A stretch of DNA of 64,000 bases from Rhodospirillales bacterium (lineage in GTDB: Bacteria; Pseudomonadota; Alphaproteobacteria; Bin95): positions 896,001 to 960,000 of the forward strand of contig JAYQLI010000035.1 of the NCBI GenBank assembly GCA_038143065.1, in the 5' to 3' direction. Positions 1 through 12,101 of this stretch are shown here, in pieces. Within the stretch, counting starts at the first letter, position 1. Every line of letters begins with the position of its first letter. A model generated the notes under the pieces. That model searched no databases. It was not told the DNA's origin and worked only from the letters and a program-made list of their open reading frames with translations. Both the position numbers and the translations under genes were made by a program.

Positions 1-603
1 GCCGGTAATGCGTTTTTTTGAATATCAATATCAAGAGTTTCAAAAGCTCGTGCCATATTTACAAATTGCGTGTCACCGCCTGTTTTTGGAAGCGATTTAG
101 CATGCAAAATAGTGGCCTTAGGAGGGTTTGCAGCATTTGAGTGATCAGTGTGATATCCCGATCCAGGAATATAACGACGCCCATCCTCGTACTTGTCTTG
201 ATTGGAAATGTAGTGGATCTCAGGGCACTCTTCGAGCTGGAAACGCGTATTATGTTGGTGAAGAGGATCACCAAATTGGTTGGCTGCTGCGAGTAGCTCA
301 TGAGGATTAAGGTTTTGACCACGAACTACTAGCACCGAGTGTTCTAACCATGCTCGATAAACACGCTCTCGGGTATCAGACGAAAGTGGCTGACTGAGGT
401 CCAAACCTTCAACCTCAACTCCTGTATGATCGCTGAGGGCTTAAAGGTAATGCTCATCTCCAGAACTCCAATCGAGCGAATTCAGTTTAAATTTTTCTAG
501 TCACCAACCAATTGAAAATGCAATTAATCAGAATGCATGCGTCTTGAGCATTCGGCACAAGCCGCGTTAGCATAATAAAAGTTATTTATAAGAGGAAAAT
601 ATC

Positions 604-1576
604 TTGGCAAAATTTCCTAAGCGGGATGCTCTTCGCGTTCACTTTGCCCACCCCGCTTACCAACTGGCAGAACGTTTTGCATTAAAAAATACTGGAATTG
701 AACATTTCCAGACTTTTAATATGGAGGATACCAAGACCCGCATAGGTGAAGGGGATGTTTTCGTCTGCTCCGGATTTTGGCACAACGAATTTTTAGAAAC
801 AGCTCCTAATATTCGCTTTGTCCAAGTATGCGCTGTTGGCTTTGACCAATTCGACCAAACAGCTATGGCAGAAAAAGGTGTAAAATTAGCCAATGGAGCC
901 GGCGTTAATGCCAACGCAGTCAGCGACCATGCATTTGCTCTAATACTTGGCCTAACTCGCAAAATTCATGAGGCAAGAGATAATCAAGCTCGCAAATTTT
1001 GGCGCGGCATGATTAGTAATATGAATGAACGAGAAGAGGAGTTACCAGGCAAAACACTGTTAATTTACGGTACGGGCGCTATTGGAGGTAGGATTGCTTC
1101 GCTTGCGAAGGCTTTTGGAATGGCAACTATTGGTGTTAGGCGAGATACGAACAAGGAAGTCGCTGGCATTGATGAAATGTATTCAACTGAACATTTCCTC
1201 TCTTTTACCAAAGGCAGACACTGTTGTTTTGGCATGCCCGCTGAATGACGAAACAAGAGGTCTTATGAATTCTGAAGCTTTCGCTGCTATGAAGAGAACA
1301 GCCTACTTTATTAACGTAGCTCGGGGGGGCTGCATGGTGGAGTCCGATCTTGTTTCTGCAGTCAGGTCCGGCCAAATTGCCGGTGCTGGAATTGACGTAA
1401 CTGATCCCGAACCATTACCCGAAAATTCGGAGCTTTGGGACCTTGAAGAAGTAATCTTAACTTCTCACACCGGAGGAGAAACAAGGGCTTACGAAGATAA
1501 CGTGGTTGATGTTTTGATAGAAAACCTTGATCGCTTACTTGAAGGTCGAGAGGATCTGAAAAACCAAATCGTATAG
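604..1576 (+). CDS. D-2-hydroxyacid dehydrogenase family protein (one frameshift near 1200)
   Basis: ORFs 604-1248 and 1082-1576 join. Motifs GTGAIG (Rossmann), FINVARGG, GAGIDV..PEPLP, LTSHTGG. Confidence 0.9.
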
Positions 1577-1597
1577 TTCTTAACTAGTCGAAGGACT

Positions 1598-2653
1598 TCA
1601 GCTTTCTTGAGGTTGAAACACGCCCTTTCCAGTCTTCTGCTGATCAAATAGCTTATAGGCCTCATCTGCCTGATCTAATTTCCATCTATCGGAAAATAAC
1701 CCGTCGACGTCAATTTTGCGGTCGGAGACAAAGCGCGCGCAGTCTGCCTGCCCCATTTTCGAGAAGGTCCAGTGTCCCATCAAGGTTACTTGCCTACGAA
1801 TTAGATCGGGAGAAACTTCAAGCATAACTTCTCCCCTCACCGACAAAACAAGCAGCTCCCCATGCACGAACCACCTGTACTGCAGCCCGTCGCGCGTCTG
1901 GCGACGAGGATGCATCCAGCGTCTTGTGAGCACCTTCGCATGCGTCAAATCTTTAATAGCTACTACAACGTCTCCGTCTGTTGGATCTAAAGTGACATCA
2001 GCACCTAATTCCATTGCCATTTGTCGCCGCTCTGACGAAATATCTACCGCTATGACACGAGCACCCATAGCAGCACCAAGTTGTGTCGCTGATAAACCCA
2101 CCGGACCTTGGCCAAAAACCACTAAGGTTTCATCCCCCTCCAATCCAAGCCTTTTTAACGCTCCATAAGCTGTTCCTGTCCCACAAGAAATTGCCGCCCC
2201 CGCTTCAAAGGATAAATTTTCAGGGAGACCTACGAGAGTATGCGCTGGCACTCTCATGTATTTGGCATGAGCGCCATGCCCAACAGACCCAAAAACAATA
2301 GCCCCGTCTACACACATTTGAGACCATCCACCCTGACAATGGCGGCAGACACCACACCCATCGTAATGGTGGTCCATAACACGATCACCAATACGGGCTT
2401 CTTTCTCGGTCACGGCAGAGCCCACCTCAACAACAACGCCACAAGGTTCATGGCCTGCTATCATCGGGGTTGAAGCGCGTCTAATACCTCCACGCACAAC
2501 TCCTGGCTCAAACTTTGGTCTGTAAGCTTTGAGATCGGTGCCGCACATTCCTGAAGCACGGATTTCTAGGATTACATCACGCGGCCCTGGGGTAGGATCT
2601 GGAAAATCGCGAAGCTCAACCTGACGTTCCCCAAGAAAGACAACACCCTTCAT
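1598..2653 (-). CDS. Zinc-binding (MDR) alcohol/polyol dehydrogenase
   Basis: GMCGTD, GHEPCG, CGVCRHC...C structural Zn site, GQGPVG. A compensating indel pair near 1840-1940 garbles a short segment. Confidence 0.9.
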   Translation of the reverse strand: MKGVVFLGERQVELRDFPDPTPGPRDVILEIRASGMCGTDLKAYRPKFEPGVVRGGIRRASTPMIAGHEPCGVVVEVGSAVTEKEARIGDRVMDHHYDGCGVCRHCQGGWSQMCVDGAIVFGSVGHGAHAKYMRVPAHTLVGLPENLSFEAGAAISCGTGTAYGALKRLGLEGDETLVVFGQGPVGLSATQLGAAMGARVIAVDISSERRQMAMELGADVTLDPTDGDVVVAIKDLTHAKVLTRRWMHPRRQTRDGLQYRWFVHGELLVLSVRGEVMLEVSPDLIRRQVTLMGHWTFSKMGQADCARFVSDRKIDVDGLFSDRWKLDQADEAYKLFDQQKTGKGVFQPQES

Positions 2654-2666
2654 TTTTCAGATCTCC

Positions 2667-3729
2667 TCAAGAACCTGGCCTAACACCAAAAATTGCCTCA
2701 AAACGCTCTTGAAATTTCGGCCAAACTTCTGGGTTTAACAAACGTGGTGGCCGCTTTCCGTTCCGACTTCCACCAATTGCTCTGCAGCAATTTTTGCGAT
2801 GTTACTGCGACTTTCTTTAGTGATACCCGCTGTATGAGGCGATACAATAACATTGTCTAATTTAAGCAACTCATGGTCAGTTGGCGGTGGTTCAATATCA
2901 AACACATCAATGCCTGCACCATATAGCTTTCCAGATTTCAAAGCCTCGACAAGTGCATCCTCAACATGAATGTAACCACGAGCCGTAGCCACGTATATTG
3001 CTCCATCTTTCATGGCATCAAATACCGACTTGTCTACCATGCCGCGTGTTGTAGGAATCAAAGGGCAATTTAGCGACACAAAGTCAGCCTGGGCTACCAT
3101 TTCATGCAAACTATCGTATTTCTCAGCGCCTTTAGCAGCGATTTCCTCTTTTGTAAGCAAAGGATCAAAAGCAACAATTCGACAATTAAAAAGGCCTTTG
3201 CATAGTTCCGCCAGTCTGCCCCCGACATGACCAATGCCGATAATGCCAACCGTTTTGTCTTTCAGTTCTACACCTTTGAACACATCACGCTCAGTTATTC
3301 CGCCACGACGTACGGCTTGATCCGCTGGCATAATTCGTTTGGCGACAGTGAGCATCATCGCCAAAGCGTGCTCAGCCACTCCTCTTTATTTCCACCAGCC
3401 TGATTAACAACAGCAACACCCGCCGCGGTCGCTGCTTCTAAATCACAGACATCGTAACCAGCACCGTACGTAGAAAGCATTAGAATGTTAGGACAGCGGT
3501 CAAAAAGTGCTTTCTCACCCCAAAATTGCCGGGGAAGTTCGTCTTTTGCAGAGCTGATGGAATACACATGCGTATCATTCAGTGCCTCAAAGAGCGCATC
3601 TTCGGGATCTGTAAGATGCTTCCTTTCAATAACGAAACCGCCGTCTTTATCCAAAACGTCTAAAAACGACTGCTCCATTGGGCGGGTGAAATAGAGAACA
3701 CGCATAGCATTCGTGGCAGCATCGGTCAT
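2667..3729 (-). CDS. D-3-phosphoglycerate/2-hydroxyacid dehydrogenase family protein (frameshifted)
   Basis: ORFs 3355-3729 and 2735-3379 join, with a shifted tail ending ...FEAIFGVRPGS* at 2667. Motifs GAGYD, GIGHVG, TARG, DVFDIEP, SPHTAG. Confidence 0.88.
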
Positions 3730-4000
3730 TTAATCATTCCTTACATTTAACCGTGACGTACTTTTCTTTGAAATTATCAACAAGCACGACGTTAGAATGC
3801 GAAAATCATTTCAAAAGCACTAGGGCTAAAATCAATTTTCATTGAAATTTATATTAGACAATCGAAAGACTGGCTTAGCTGAAAAAGAACCGACACTCGA
3901 ATAGCTCTTTAAAAAAAGCGGTATAACCCTTGCAGAACATAAAAGATCGGCCTATCACCCGCGGCTTACCGCGCAATTTCGAGGTTAGGACCTAACTATC

Positions 4001-5014
4001 ATGGGCTACAAGGTCGCTGTCGCAGGTGCCACCGGTGCTGTAGGGCACACTATTTTAGAGTGTTTAGATGAAATTGACTTCCCAGTTGACGAAATTGTTG
4101 CACTGGCATCCTCGTCCTCAAAAGGTAAAGAAGTCTCATTTGGTGACCGTGGGACACTTAAAGTTAAAGACTTAGCGACATTTGATTTTGAGGGTTTTGA
4201 CATCGCTCTGTTTTCACCAGGGGGATCCGTCTCTGCTATTCACGCACCACGAGCAGCGGACGCAGGATGTGTTGTCATTGATAATACCAGTCACTTCCGA
4301 ATGGACCCAGAAGTTCCATTAATTGTTCCTGAAGTGAATCGCTATGCTCTCGAAGGCTTCAGGCAGCGGAATATCATTGCCAATCCAAATTGTTCGACCA
4401 TACAGATGGTTGCCGCACTTAAACCTCTGAATGATATCGCGAGAATAAGGCGAGTTGTTGTTGCAACTTATCAATCAGTCTCAGGTGCTGGTCAGAAAGG
4501 TATGAACGAACTCTACAACCAGACAAAAAGCGTTTATCAGCTCGAAGAACAAGATCCAAAAACTTTTCCTGTTCCAATTGCTTTCAATATCATCCCTCAC
4601 ATCGGTGACTTCCTCCCTAATGGCTTTACTCAGGAGGAGCAGAAGATGATCGATGAAACTAAAAAGATTTTAAGTCCAGAAATAGAGGTTGTCGCAACCT
4701 GCGCACGAGTGCCTGTTTTTGTTAGCCATTCAGAATCAATTACGGTTGAGTTTGATGAACCAATTGATGTTGATCAAGCACTCGAGGCTTGGCATGACTC
4801 CGATGGAATTATTCTTTTAGATCGACAGGAAGATGCGGGCTATGCCACACCAAAAGACGCGGCAGGAGACAATGGTGTTTTTGTCTCAAGAGTACGGCAA
4901 GATCCTTCAGTTCCATATGGACTGACATTCTGGTGCGTTTCCGACAATCTGCGAAAAGGTGCAGCTTGGAACGCTGTACAAATCGCTCAGGCGCTTGCGG
5001 AAGACTATCTATAA
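4001..5014 (+). CDS. asd: Aspartate-semialdehyde dehydrogenase
   Basis: VAGATGAVG, IANPNCST, YQSVSGAG, SDNLRKGAAWNAVQIA. Confidence 0.97.
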   Translation: MGYKVAVAGATGAVGHTILECLDEIDFPVDEIVALASSSSKGKEVSFGDRGTLKVKDLATFDFEGFDIALFSPGGSVSAIHAPRAADAGCVVIDNTSHFRMDPEVPLIVPEVNRYALEGFRQRNIIANPNCSTIQMVAALKPLNDIARIRRVVVATYQSVSGAGQKGMNELYNQTKSVYQLEEQDPKTFPVPIAFNIIPHIGDFLPNGFTQEEQKMIDETKKILSPEIEVVATCARVPVFVSHSESITVEFDEPIDVDQALEAWHDSDGIILLDRQEDAGYATPKDAAGDNGVFVSRVRQDPSVPYGLTFWCVSDNLRKGAAWNAVQIAQALAEDYL

Positions 5015-5036
5015 TTTTCCGGATATTACTAGAAAA

Positions 5037-6815
5037 CTAAGTATTCGATGTGGCGACTGAAACGGCTAATGCCGCGTCTGCACTCGGGCCTAGGATCTCG
5101 GTCAGAGCGATGGCTGGAGGCAAAAGTCGCGCAATAAAATAGCGAGCAACTGCAATCCGGGCTTCAGTGAATTTAATGTCTCCACCGGACCAATTCTTCG
5201 CTGATGCCGCTCCCTTTAGTTAATAACCAAGCAGAAACCACACGCCCTACAAGCTCTAGATAATCGACGGCAGCAGCAGATGCAGCAGATGGATTAGCCC
5301 CAAATCTCTTCAATTGTGCTTCGCTGGCAGTCTCCAAAGCATTGACACCTGCCCTTACGCCGACTGCTAAATCGGCAAAACCTTCCATCTCAGGTATTTC
5401 CAAATCATCTCGGATTAGGGCGATTAACTCGGACATTGCCTCACCGCCATCTCGGACCAATTTCCGTCCAAGCAAATCCAAGGCTTGGATGCCATTCGTG
5501 CCCTCATAGATCGGCGCTATCCTGCTATCTCTGAGTATTTGAGCGGCCCCTGTATCCTCTATAAAACCCATGCCGCCGTGCACCTGAATATTTGTCGACC
5601 CAACTTCGACACCCCTGTCAGTGCAGTAAGCCTTAACCACTGGAATTAGAAGGTCCAGCAGCCTTTGTGACTGAGCCCGAACTTCTGGGTCTAAGACCTC
5701 CTGGACTCATCCATACGCGCTGCAACCCAGTAGCATAAGGCGCGCATGCCCTCTGTTTCGGAACGCATTGTTGCGAGCATTCTCTGTACGTCTGGATGAC
5801 GAGAAATTGGAGCATTTTCCTCCCCAGTCTCAGGGTCCCGTCCTTGCTTACGCTCTGCCGCAAACGTGGTTGCTTGCTGAAGCGCACGCTCTGCAACTGA
5901 TAATCCCTGCAAGCCAACGCCAAGTCGTGCATTATTCATCATAGTAAACATCGACTGGATGCCACCATTTTCCTGACCAACCAGCCAGCCAATCGCTCCA
6001 TGATTGTCGCCATAGGACATCACACATGTAGGACTGCCATGAATGCCCATCTTGTGCTCAAGAGAAACTGGTCGGAGATCATTACGATCACCTAAAGACC
6101 CGTCTTCATTCACTAAAAATTTGGGGACAACAAATAAAGAGACACCGCGGATCCCAGGAGGAGCTCCTTCAATGCGGGCCAATACCATATGCACAATATT
6201 GTCGGTTAGATCATGATCACCGTAGGAAATGTAGATCTTTTGACCCTTGATACGAAATCTATCTCCATCTCTTGTCGCTTTTGCACGAAGAGCTCCTACA
6301 TCTGACCCCGCCTGCGGTTCGGTAAGATTCATAGTTCCGGTCCATTCTCCCGAAACCATTTTCTCTAAGTATTTCGTCTTCTGTTCATCGGTGCCATGGG
6401 CTTCGAGCAGGTCAATCGCTCCTTGGGTGAGAAGCGGCCCCAAAGAAAATGACAGACAGGCCGAGCCGAATAATTCATTAAAAGCCGTAGTTGCAGCCCA
6501 GGGTAAACCACCCCCGCCAATTTCTGGATCAAACGCAGGAGCATTCCAGCCGCCCTCTACATATTGTTTGTAAGCCGCAGGCCAACCAGGTGAAGTACGA
6601 ACTACACCATTTTCTATTTTTGGCGGTTGAGTATCACCTACTCGTTGAAGAGGAACGATCATACTTTCAGCTAATTTATTAGCCTCATCCAAAGCGGCAC
6701 CAATTAGGTCCGGCTGAGCATCTTCTAGGCCAGGCAATTTGGAGATGTCAGCCAGACCAGCCACCGCTTCAAGTGCAAATTGCATTTCTCTTAATGGAGC
6801 TGAATACCCAGTCAT
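5037..6815 (-). CDS. Acyl-CoA dehydrogenase, long FadE/DmdC-like type (frameshifted)
   Basis: ORFs 5691-6815 and 5173-5640 plus tail. Motifs GTMNLTEPQAGSD, EHKMGIHGSPT, QVHGGMGF, IYEGTNGIQALDL. Confidence 0.88.
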
Positions 6816-7023
6816 CGATATATCCTTTCAACCGCTGCAGTTAGCCATTTGGCTCAAAAGATGATGCACGTAAAGTCCTACAACTCAGTTGATCTGTAAT
6901 ATGTTCCAAAAAACTCACCTAACTGAGACCGATACAAAACCTTAGTCTAGGTAGTTTGATTTCAAAAAAATTGGTCACAAATCGCAATCTCGCGAGAAAA
7001 TATTACAGTCCCATATTCCGTTT

Positions 7024-7860
7024 TTAGTTCAGTTTTATCTTTAATTCTTGGAGTAAAGTTGCAACTTTCATTCGAAGATTGTTGTTTGTTTCTCTGTCTA
7101 GGTAAATTTGCAATTGGTGAATTGCTTCAGAGATGTTTTCCATCCGAATATGTATCATTGCAATTTCTCGCCGCAATTCGTTCACACCAGGGGCAAATGC
7201 GAGCATTCCCTCCAATGTCATTAAGGCTCCTGGCAAGTCACCAATCCGCAACCGCCGTAACTTAATGTTATTTTGAAGACGAAGAAGAACCTCCCGATCA
7301 GTTACTGGCTGATAACATTCAGCGGTGAGCTCGGCTTGTTCTCCCTGAATGCGCTTCAAAATACTGCGCATATCGGCTGCTGACAGAGACCGCCCCCCCT
7401 CAAACGGATCAATAGGTAAGCGGGATGTTCCTAGGTTTAAGCTAACTAAAAAGTGCCCAGGGAATGCAAGGCCCTGCATGTTCCAACCAAGCCTATGGCA
7501 TACACTCATGTAAAGAATCCCCAAAGCAACTGGCAAACCTCTACGTCGATCAATCACTCGCACAAGATCCGCATTTTGAAGATCGTCATATGTTGCACTA
7601 TCACCTTGATACCCAAATTTTATATGAATACTTCCGCGCAGTGCTTCGGCAAACGCCTCAGCATTATCTCCAACGAGCTGACGCTCTGACTCGGATGCAA
7701 GCTGTTCTAGATGGTCTAAATAATTTTTGAGAGGGATGTCTGGCGTTTCCCTTGCTGAAAAAGCTAAAGCCACCAGTCCTGGATCAAAATCACTATCCGT
7801 CTGGCTACCAATATCAGCTAGATAGGCCAATGGATCACTCCCCCAAGGGGCATCAGCCAT
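7024..7860 (-). CDS. SirB1 / transglutaminase-like domain protein with C-terminal TPR
   Basis: GYQGD..TY.DLQNA.L..VIDRRRGLPVALGILY, FPGHFLV, IDPFEGG, LLRLQNNIK. Confidence 0.88.
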   Translation of the reverse strand: MADAPWGSDPLAYLADIGSQTDSDFDPGLVALAFSARETPDIPLKNYLDHLEQLASESERQLVGDNAEAFAEALRGSIHIKFGYQGDSATYDDLQNADLVRVIDRRRGLPVALGILYMSVCHRLGWNMQGLAFPGHFLVSLNLGTSRLPIDPFEGGRSLSAADMRSILKRIQGEQAELTAECYQPVTDREVLLRLQNNIKLRRLRIGDLPGALMTLEGMLAFAPGVNELRREIAMIHIRMENISEAIHQLQIYLDRETNNNLRMKVATLLQELKIKLN

Positions 7861-7971
7861 AGAGCACTCCTTTCGAATTGATAACTTTGATAAAATACCA
7901 AAAGACGCCTGAAAGTGTTCTGATTTCTTCTACTTATCCAATTCTTAACCAGTATACACTGCATTAAATTT

Positions 7972-8850
7972 TTAGATTGGAGAATTATCCTTCAAATTTA
8001 ATGCTCGGGCATAAGCATCGCTTTTCGGCAAACCTAGTTCCTCTGATACTATTTTAGCTGCGTCCTTAACCGACATTTCAGGAAGGAGTTGGAGCAATCT
8101 ACTGTCTATGTCTTCCACTGAAATCGGTTGCTCTATAGGAGGTCCTACCACAATCGTAACCTCACCTTTAGGGGGACCAGCATGGTCATAATGTTGAGAC
8201 AATTCTATCAACGACCCTCTCCTGCTCTCCTCATAAAGTTTAGTCAGTTCTCGCGCGACGCAAGCTTGTCTGTTACCTAAGACCTTAGTCATGTCGGAAA
8301 GTGCTGGCGCCAAACGGCTCACACCCTCAAAAAAATCAAGGTCGCTTTAACATCCTTCAGCTCATTTAATGCTCTAATCCTCTGCCCCGTTTTTTGAAGG
8401 TAAGAACCCAGCAAATAAAAACTTATCGGAAGGCAAACCCGCGAGTGTCAGTGCAGCTAAAGCTGCTGAAGGCCCTGGCAAAGGGATTACTTTATGGCCA
8501 GCCGCAAGGGCTTCAACAACTAGACGATAGCCTGGATCTGACACAAGAGGTGTTCCCGCATCTGTTGCGAGGGCAATAGCCTCTCCTGCTTGAAGCCGAG
8601 CCATAATTTCAGGCCGTGACCGCTCTGCCCCATGTTCGTCATGACGTATTAGCTTGGGCGGCTTAATCCCATGTATATCCAGCAATCGGCGTGCCACTCG
8701 GGTGTCCTCTGCGGCTATCGCTGTCACGCTTGATAAAACATCCAATGCACGCAAAGTGATGTCGCGAGAATTACCAATTGGTGTAGAGACAATATAAAGT
8801 CCGGGGGCGAGTTTTTTTTCAGGGTCCGGTAAGGGAGTAACAACTACCAA
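7972..8850 (-). CDS. rsmI: 16S rRNA (cytidine1402-2'-O)-methyltransferase (frameshift near 8330-8380)
   Basis: LYIVSTPIGN..DITLRAL, AEDTR, DAGTPLVSDPG, ARELTKLYEE, PKGEVT. Confidence 0.95.
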
Positions 8851-8900
8851 GATTTCACTCCCCCAAATCTATCAAATCAGCACTGTTTTTTAACAAAACG

Positions 8901-9290
8901 TTAAACTTTGGCCGCTGCTACTGCTTCGATTTCAATTAACAAACTTGGATCCACCAGAGCCGCTACAACTATTGTACTGGATGTTGGACGTGAATTTCCC
9001 AATCTCTTTGCGCGCTCCTTACTGGCTATCCTTAGATCTTCAGGCTTGACTACAAATGTAGTAATTTTGACAAGGTCATCCACAGACATATCTGCATCAG
9101 CCAAACATGCCTCGATGTTATCCCAAGTTGCTGATGCCTGAGCTTCTATCCCAACCGGAATTTCCCCAGATGGTAACAGTCCAACCTGCCCAGATATGTA
9201 GAGTAAACGGGAGCCTGCCGGCACCTCAGATGTATGGCAGAATGGGCCGCTAGGTGCTGCTATTACACTTGGGTTACGCGGCTTATTCAT
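8901..9290 (-). CDS. RidA/YjgF/UK114 family protein
   Basis: LYISGQVG, NIEACL, RPTSS, LIEIEAVAA. Confidence 0.9.
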   Translation of the reverse strand: MNKPRNPSVIAAPSGPFCHTSEVPAGSRLLYISGQVGLLPSGEIPVGIEAQASATWDNIEACLADADMSVDDLVKITTFVVKPEDLRIASKERAKRLGNSRPTSSTIVVAALVDPSLLIEIEAVAAAKV

Positions 9291-9331
9291 TATGACAACT
9301 TTCCATTTTCTTTGTTAGTTGAAACGTAGAA

Positions 9332-10480
9332 CTAATCGTTTGATTCACCCTTTTTTAGCGCCCGGGCAATAATATTTCGCTGTATATCGCTAGTTCCTTC
9401 ACCAATAACATACACCAGCGCATCTCGGTGATGCATTCCTACTTTATGGTCTCGCATAATCCCAGCCCCACCCATAATACGAATAGCATTCTCCGTGACA
9501 CGCAGCGCTGCTTCACTGGCCACCAACTTAATTTTGGATGCTTCCGCATCAGTGAGTGTTCCCTGATCTACTTTCCAAGCGCCCCAATAAACCATCCATC
9601 TAGACGCTTCGATATCTGTCGCCATATCCGCTAAACGATGGGCTACCGCTTGATAATCTATAATTGGCTTTCCTCGAACTATACGTGCTTTAGCAAACTG
9701 CAAGGCCTCTTCATATGCACCTCGAGCGAGGCCAAGCACAGAAGCAGATACTCCAACACGATTTTCGCTAAGACTCTCAAGAATGACTGGATAGGTTCCT
9801 TCTTTTTCACCAAGAAGGTGACTATCAGGGACGAACAAATCATCAATATGTAGAAGTCCCGTTTCCGACCCTCTCAGTCCCTCTTTCTTAAGGCTATCAA
9901 TAGTTAAACCCTGTGCCGGTAAATCAACGAAAAAGGCTCACGGCATCTGCTGAAAGATCTGCCTTAGTTCGCGCCGCTAGAGTCATAAAATCAGCTATTG
10001 GAGAATTAGTAATATAAAGTTTTGATCCCGTGATTTTCCATCCGCCATCGACCTTGTTTGCTCTTGTTTTCATCGCGCGTATATCAGACCCCCATCAGGC
10101 TCTGACAAACCAAAGCAAGCTATCTTTTCCCCAGCAGCTGCAGGATTAAAATACTGTTCTTTCTGAACCGATGTACCTACTTTCCAGATAGGCCACATCC
10201 CCAAATGGCTATGGGCTGAAAAAGCGGCACAATATGCTTGGCTTACACGAGCAATCTCTTCTCGAATTATGCAGTCGGATACTTTATCCATTCCAACCCC
10301 ACCATCCGATTCAGGATAGCGCGCGGCTAGCATGCCAAGCTCACCCCAACGTCTAAATAATTGTTTAGGAAACGTCTCACTTTCATCAGACTGCCGGACG
10401 AATGGAGCGGCTTCTTCCTCCATGTGTCGGCGTACAGTCTCTCTGAGTGAGATATGCTCTACTGAAAAATTGAAGTCCAT
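9332..10480 (-). CDS. Acyl-CoA dehydrogenase, short-chain type (frameshifted)
   Basis: ORFs 10070-10480 and 9332-9838 with bridging frames. Motifs ACFGLSEP, YQAVAHRLADM, IMGGAG, IGEGTSDIQRNIIAR. Confidence 0.9.
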
Positions 10481-11887
10481 TCAAAGATTACCTAACTGAA
10501 ATTCACGCACATCGCCCACTCGGCCGAGAATTGCGGCTGCTGCTGCACTTGCCGGGCTCATTAGATGGGTTCTTGCACCTTGACCCTGACGACCACGAAA
10601 ATTGCGATTTGAAGTTGACGCCACGTGTTCACCATTATTAGCAAGGTCCCCATTTATCCCCACACACATGGAGCAGCCGGACTCCCTCCATTCAAATCCA
10701 GCTTCTAAAAATATGCGGTCTAGACCTTCTAACTCTGCTTGCCGTTTCACCGGCATAGAGCCAGGAGCAACAATAGCGGGCACTTTTGCTTTTCTTCCTT
10801 TAGCAACTGCGGCAGCAGCTCGGAGGTCTTCAATTCGGCCATTGGTACAAGAGCCAATAAATGTTCGGTCTATTGGAATATCAGTAACAGCCATCCCCGC
10901 GGTCAGTCCCATGTAGTCCAACGAAGATTGAAATTGAGCATTTTTATCTGCATCAGATTGGTCTGCAGGATTTGGAACTTGGGCAGTTACACCAATGCCC
11001 TCTTCTGGGCTTGTGCCCCAAGTAACCATTGGTTCTATATCGTTGGCGCTCAGGGTTACCTCACGATCAAAAACTGCTCCATCTTCAGTTTTTAGATTTC
11101 GCCAGAAAGTTTCAGCCATTGGCCACGTTTCTTCAGATGGTGCCCCAGGCCGACCTCTCAGATAAGCAAAAGTTTTTTCATCCGGCGCCACCATTCCACA
11201 GCGAGCACCGGCCTCTATAGACATGTTACATACGGTCATTCGCCCTTCCATAGAGAGGCTGCGTATTGCTGAACCGGTATATTCAATAGCTGCACCAGCA
11301 CCGCCCGCAGCTCCTATTTCAGCAATAATAGCCAGGATAACATCCTTAGCATCTACGCCATCCCCAAGAGCTCCATCGACTTCTACACGCAATGTCTCTG
11401 GCTTTGCTTGCCATAAAGTTTGGGTCGCAAAAACATGTGCTACTTCAGACGCACCTATTCCAAAAGCAATCGCGCCCATAGCACCGTGTGTCGATGTATG
11501 ACTGTCTCCACAAACAATTATAAGGCCTGGCTGAGATAACCCCTGTTCTGGTCCAACAACGTGCACTATCCCGTGACTGTCATCCTCAATACCCAGCATC
11601 CTTATGCCAAATTGATCGGTGTTCTCGTAAAATTGCGCAACAACAGATTGGATTTCTGGATTGGTGATTGTATCGAGCGATCTTGATGTTGTTGGCACGT
11701 AGTGATCGGCCATACCCATTGTCCGTTCGGGGCGACGAACCGACATTTTATTTTGCTTAAGATAATTGAATCCATGAAATGACCCCTCGTGGCAAAAATG
11801 CCAATCAATCGCAAGAAGGGTCTGGCCATCATCTCTCTCAACGATAGTGTGAGCATCCCAAATTTTTTGAAAAAGTGTCTTGGGCAT
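10481..11887 (-). CDS. 3-isopropylmalate dehydratase large subunit-like protein (divergent LeuC/aconitase family)
   Basis: PKTLFQKIWDAH, CGDSHT, IGSCTNGRIEDLR, GCSMC, STSNRNFRGRQG. No leuD is adjacent. Confidence 0.9.
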   Translation of the reverse strand: MPKTLFQKIWDAHTIVERDDGQTLLAIDWHFCHEGSFHGFNYLKQNKMSVRRPERTMGMADHYVPTTSRSLDTITNPEIQSVVAQFYENTDQFGIRMLGIEDDSHGIVHVVGPEQGLSQPGLIIVCGDSHTSTHGAMGAIAFGIGASEVAHVFATQTLWQAKPETLRVEVDGALGDGVDAKDVILAIIAEIGAAGGAGAAIEYTGSAIRSLSMEGRMTVCNMSIEAGARCGMVAPDEKTFAYLRGRPGAPSEETWPMAETFWRNLKTEDGAVFDREVTLSANDIEPMVTWGTSPEEGIGVTAQVPNPADQSDADKNAQFQSSLDYMGLTAGMAVTDIPIDRTFIGSCTNGRIEDLRAAAAVAKGRKAKVPAIVAPGSMPVKRQAELEGLDRIFLEAGFEWRESGCSMCVGINGDLANNGEHVASTSNRNFRGRQGQGARTHLMSPASAAAAAILGRVGDVREFQLGNL

Positions 11888-12101
11888 TAGTTCAGCATCC
11901 AAAGATATCGATAAAACAATAAGTGTATGGACAGACTAGTGCATGTCCAGTTCAAGCTTAACAGCCAAATGATTTGAGGTAAGGTTTTACAAAACTTTTA
12001 GCTTCTTATTGTTGAAATAATTTGAGATTTTCATTCAATCAGCAAGCCGCTTCTGATGGATTTGAAATAACAGATCAGAACAATTTAATGGGAGACGTGT
12101 T

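Noticed and set aside
40-56. Sigma54-like TGGCACGAGCTTTTG on the minus strand
   Set aside because: The -12 position reads TG instead of GC, so the GG-N10-GC rule fails.
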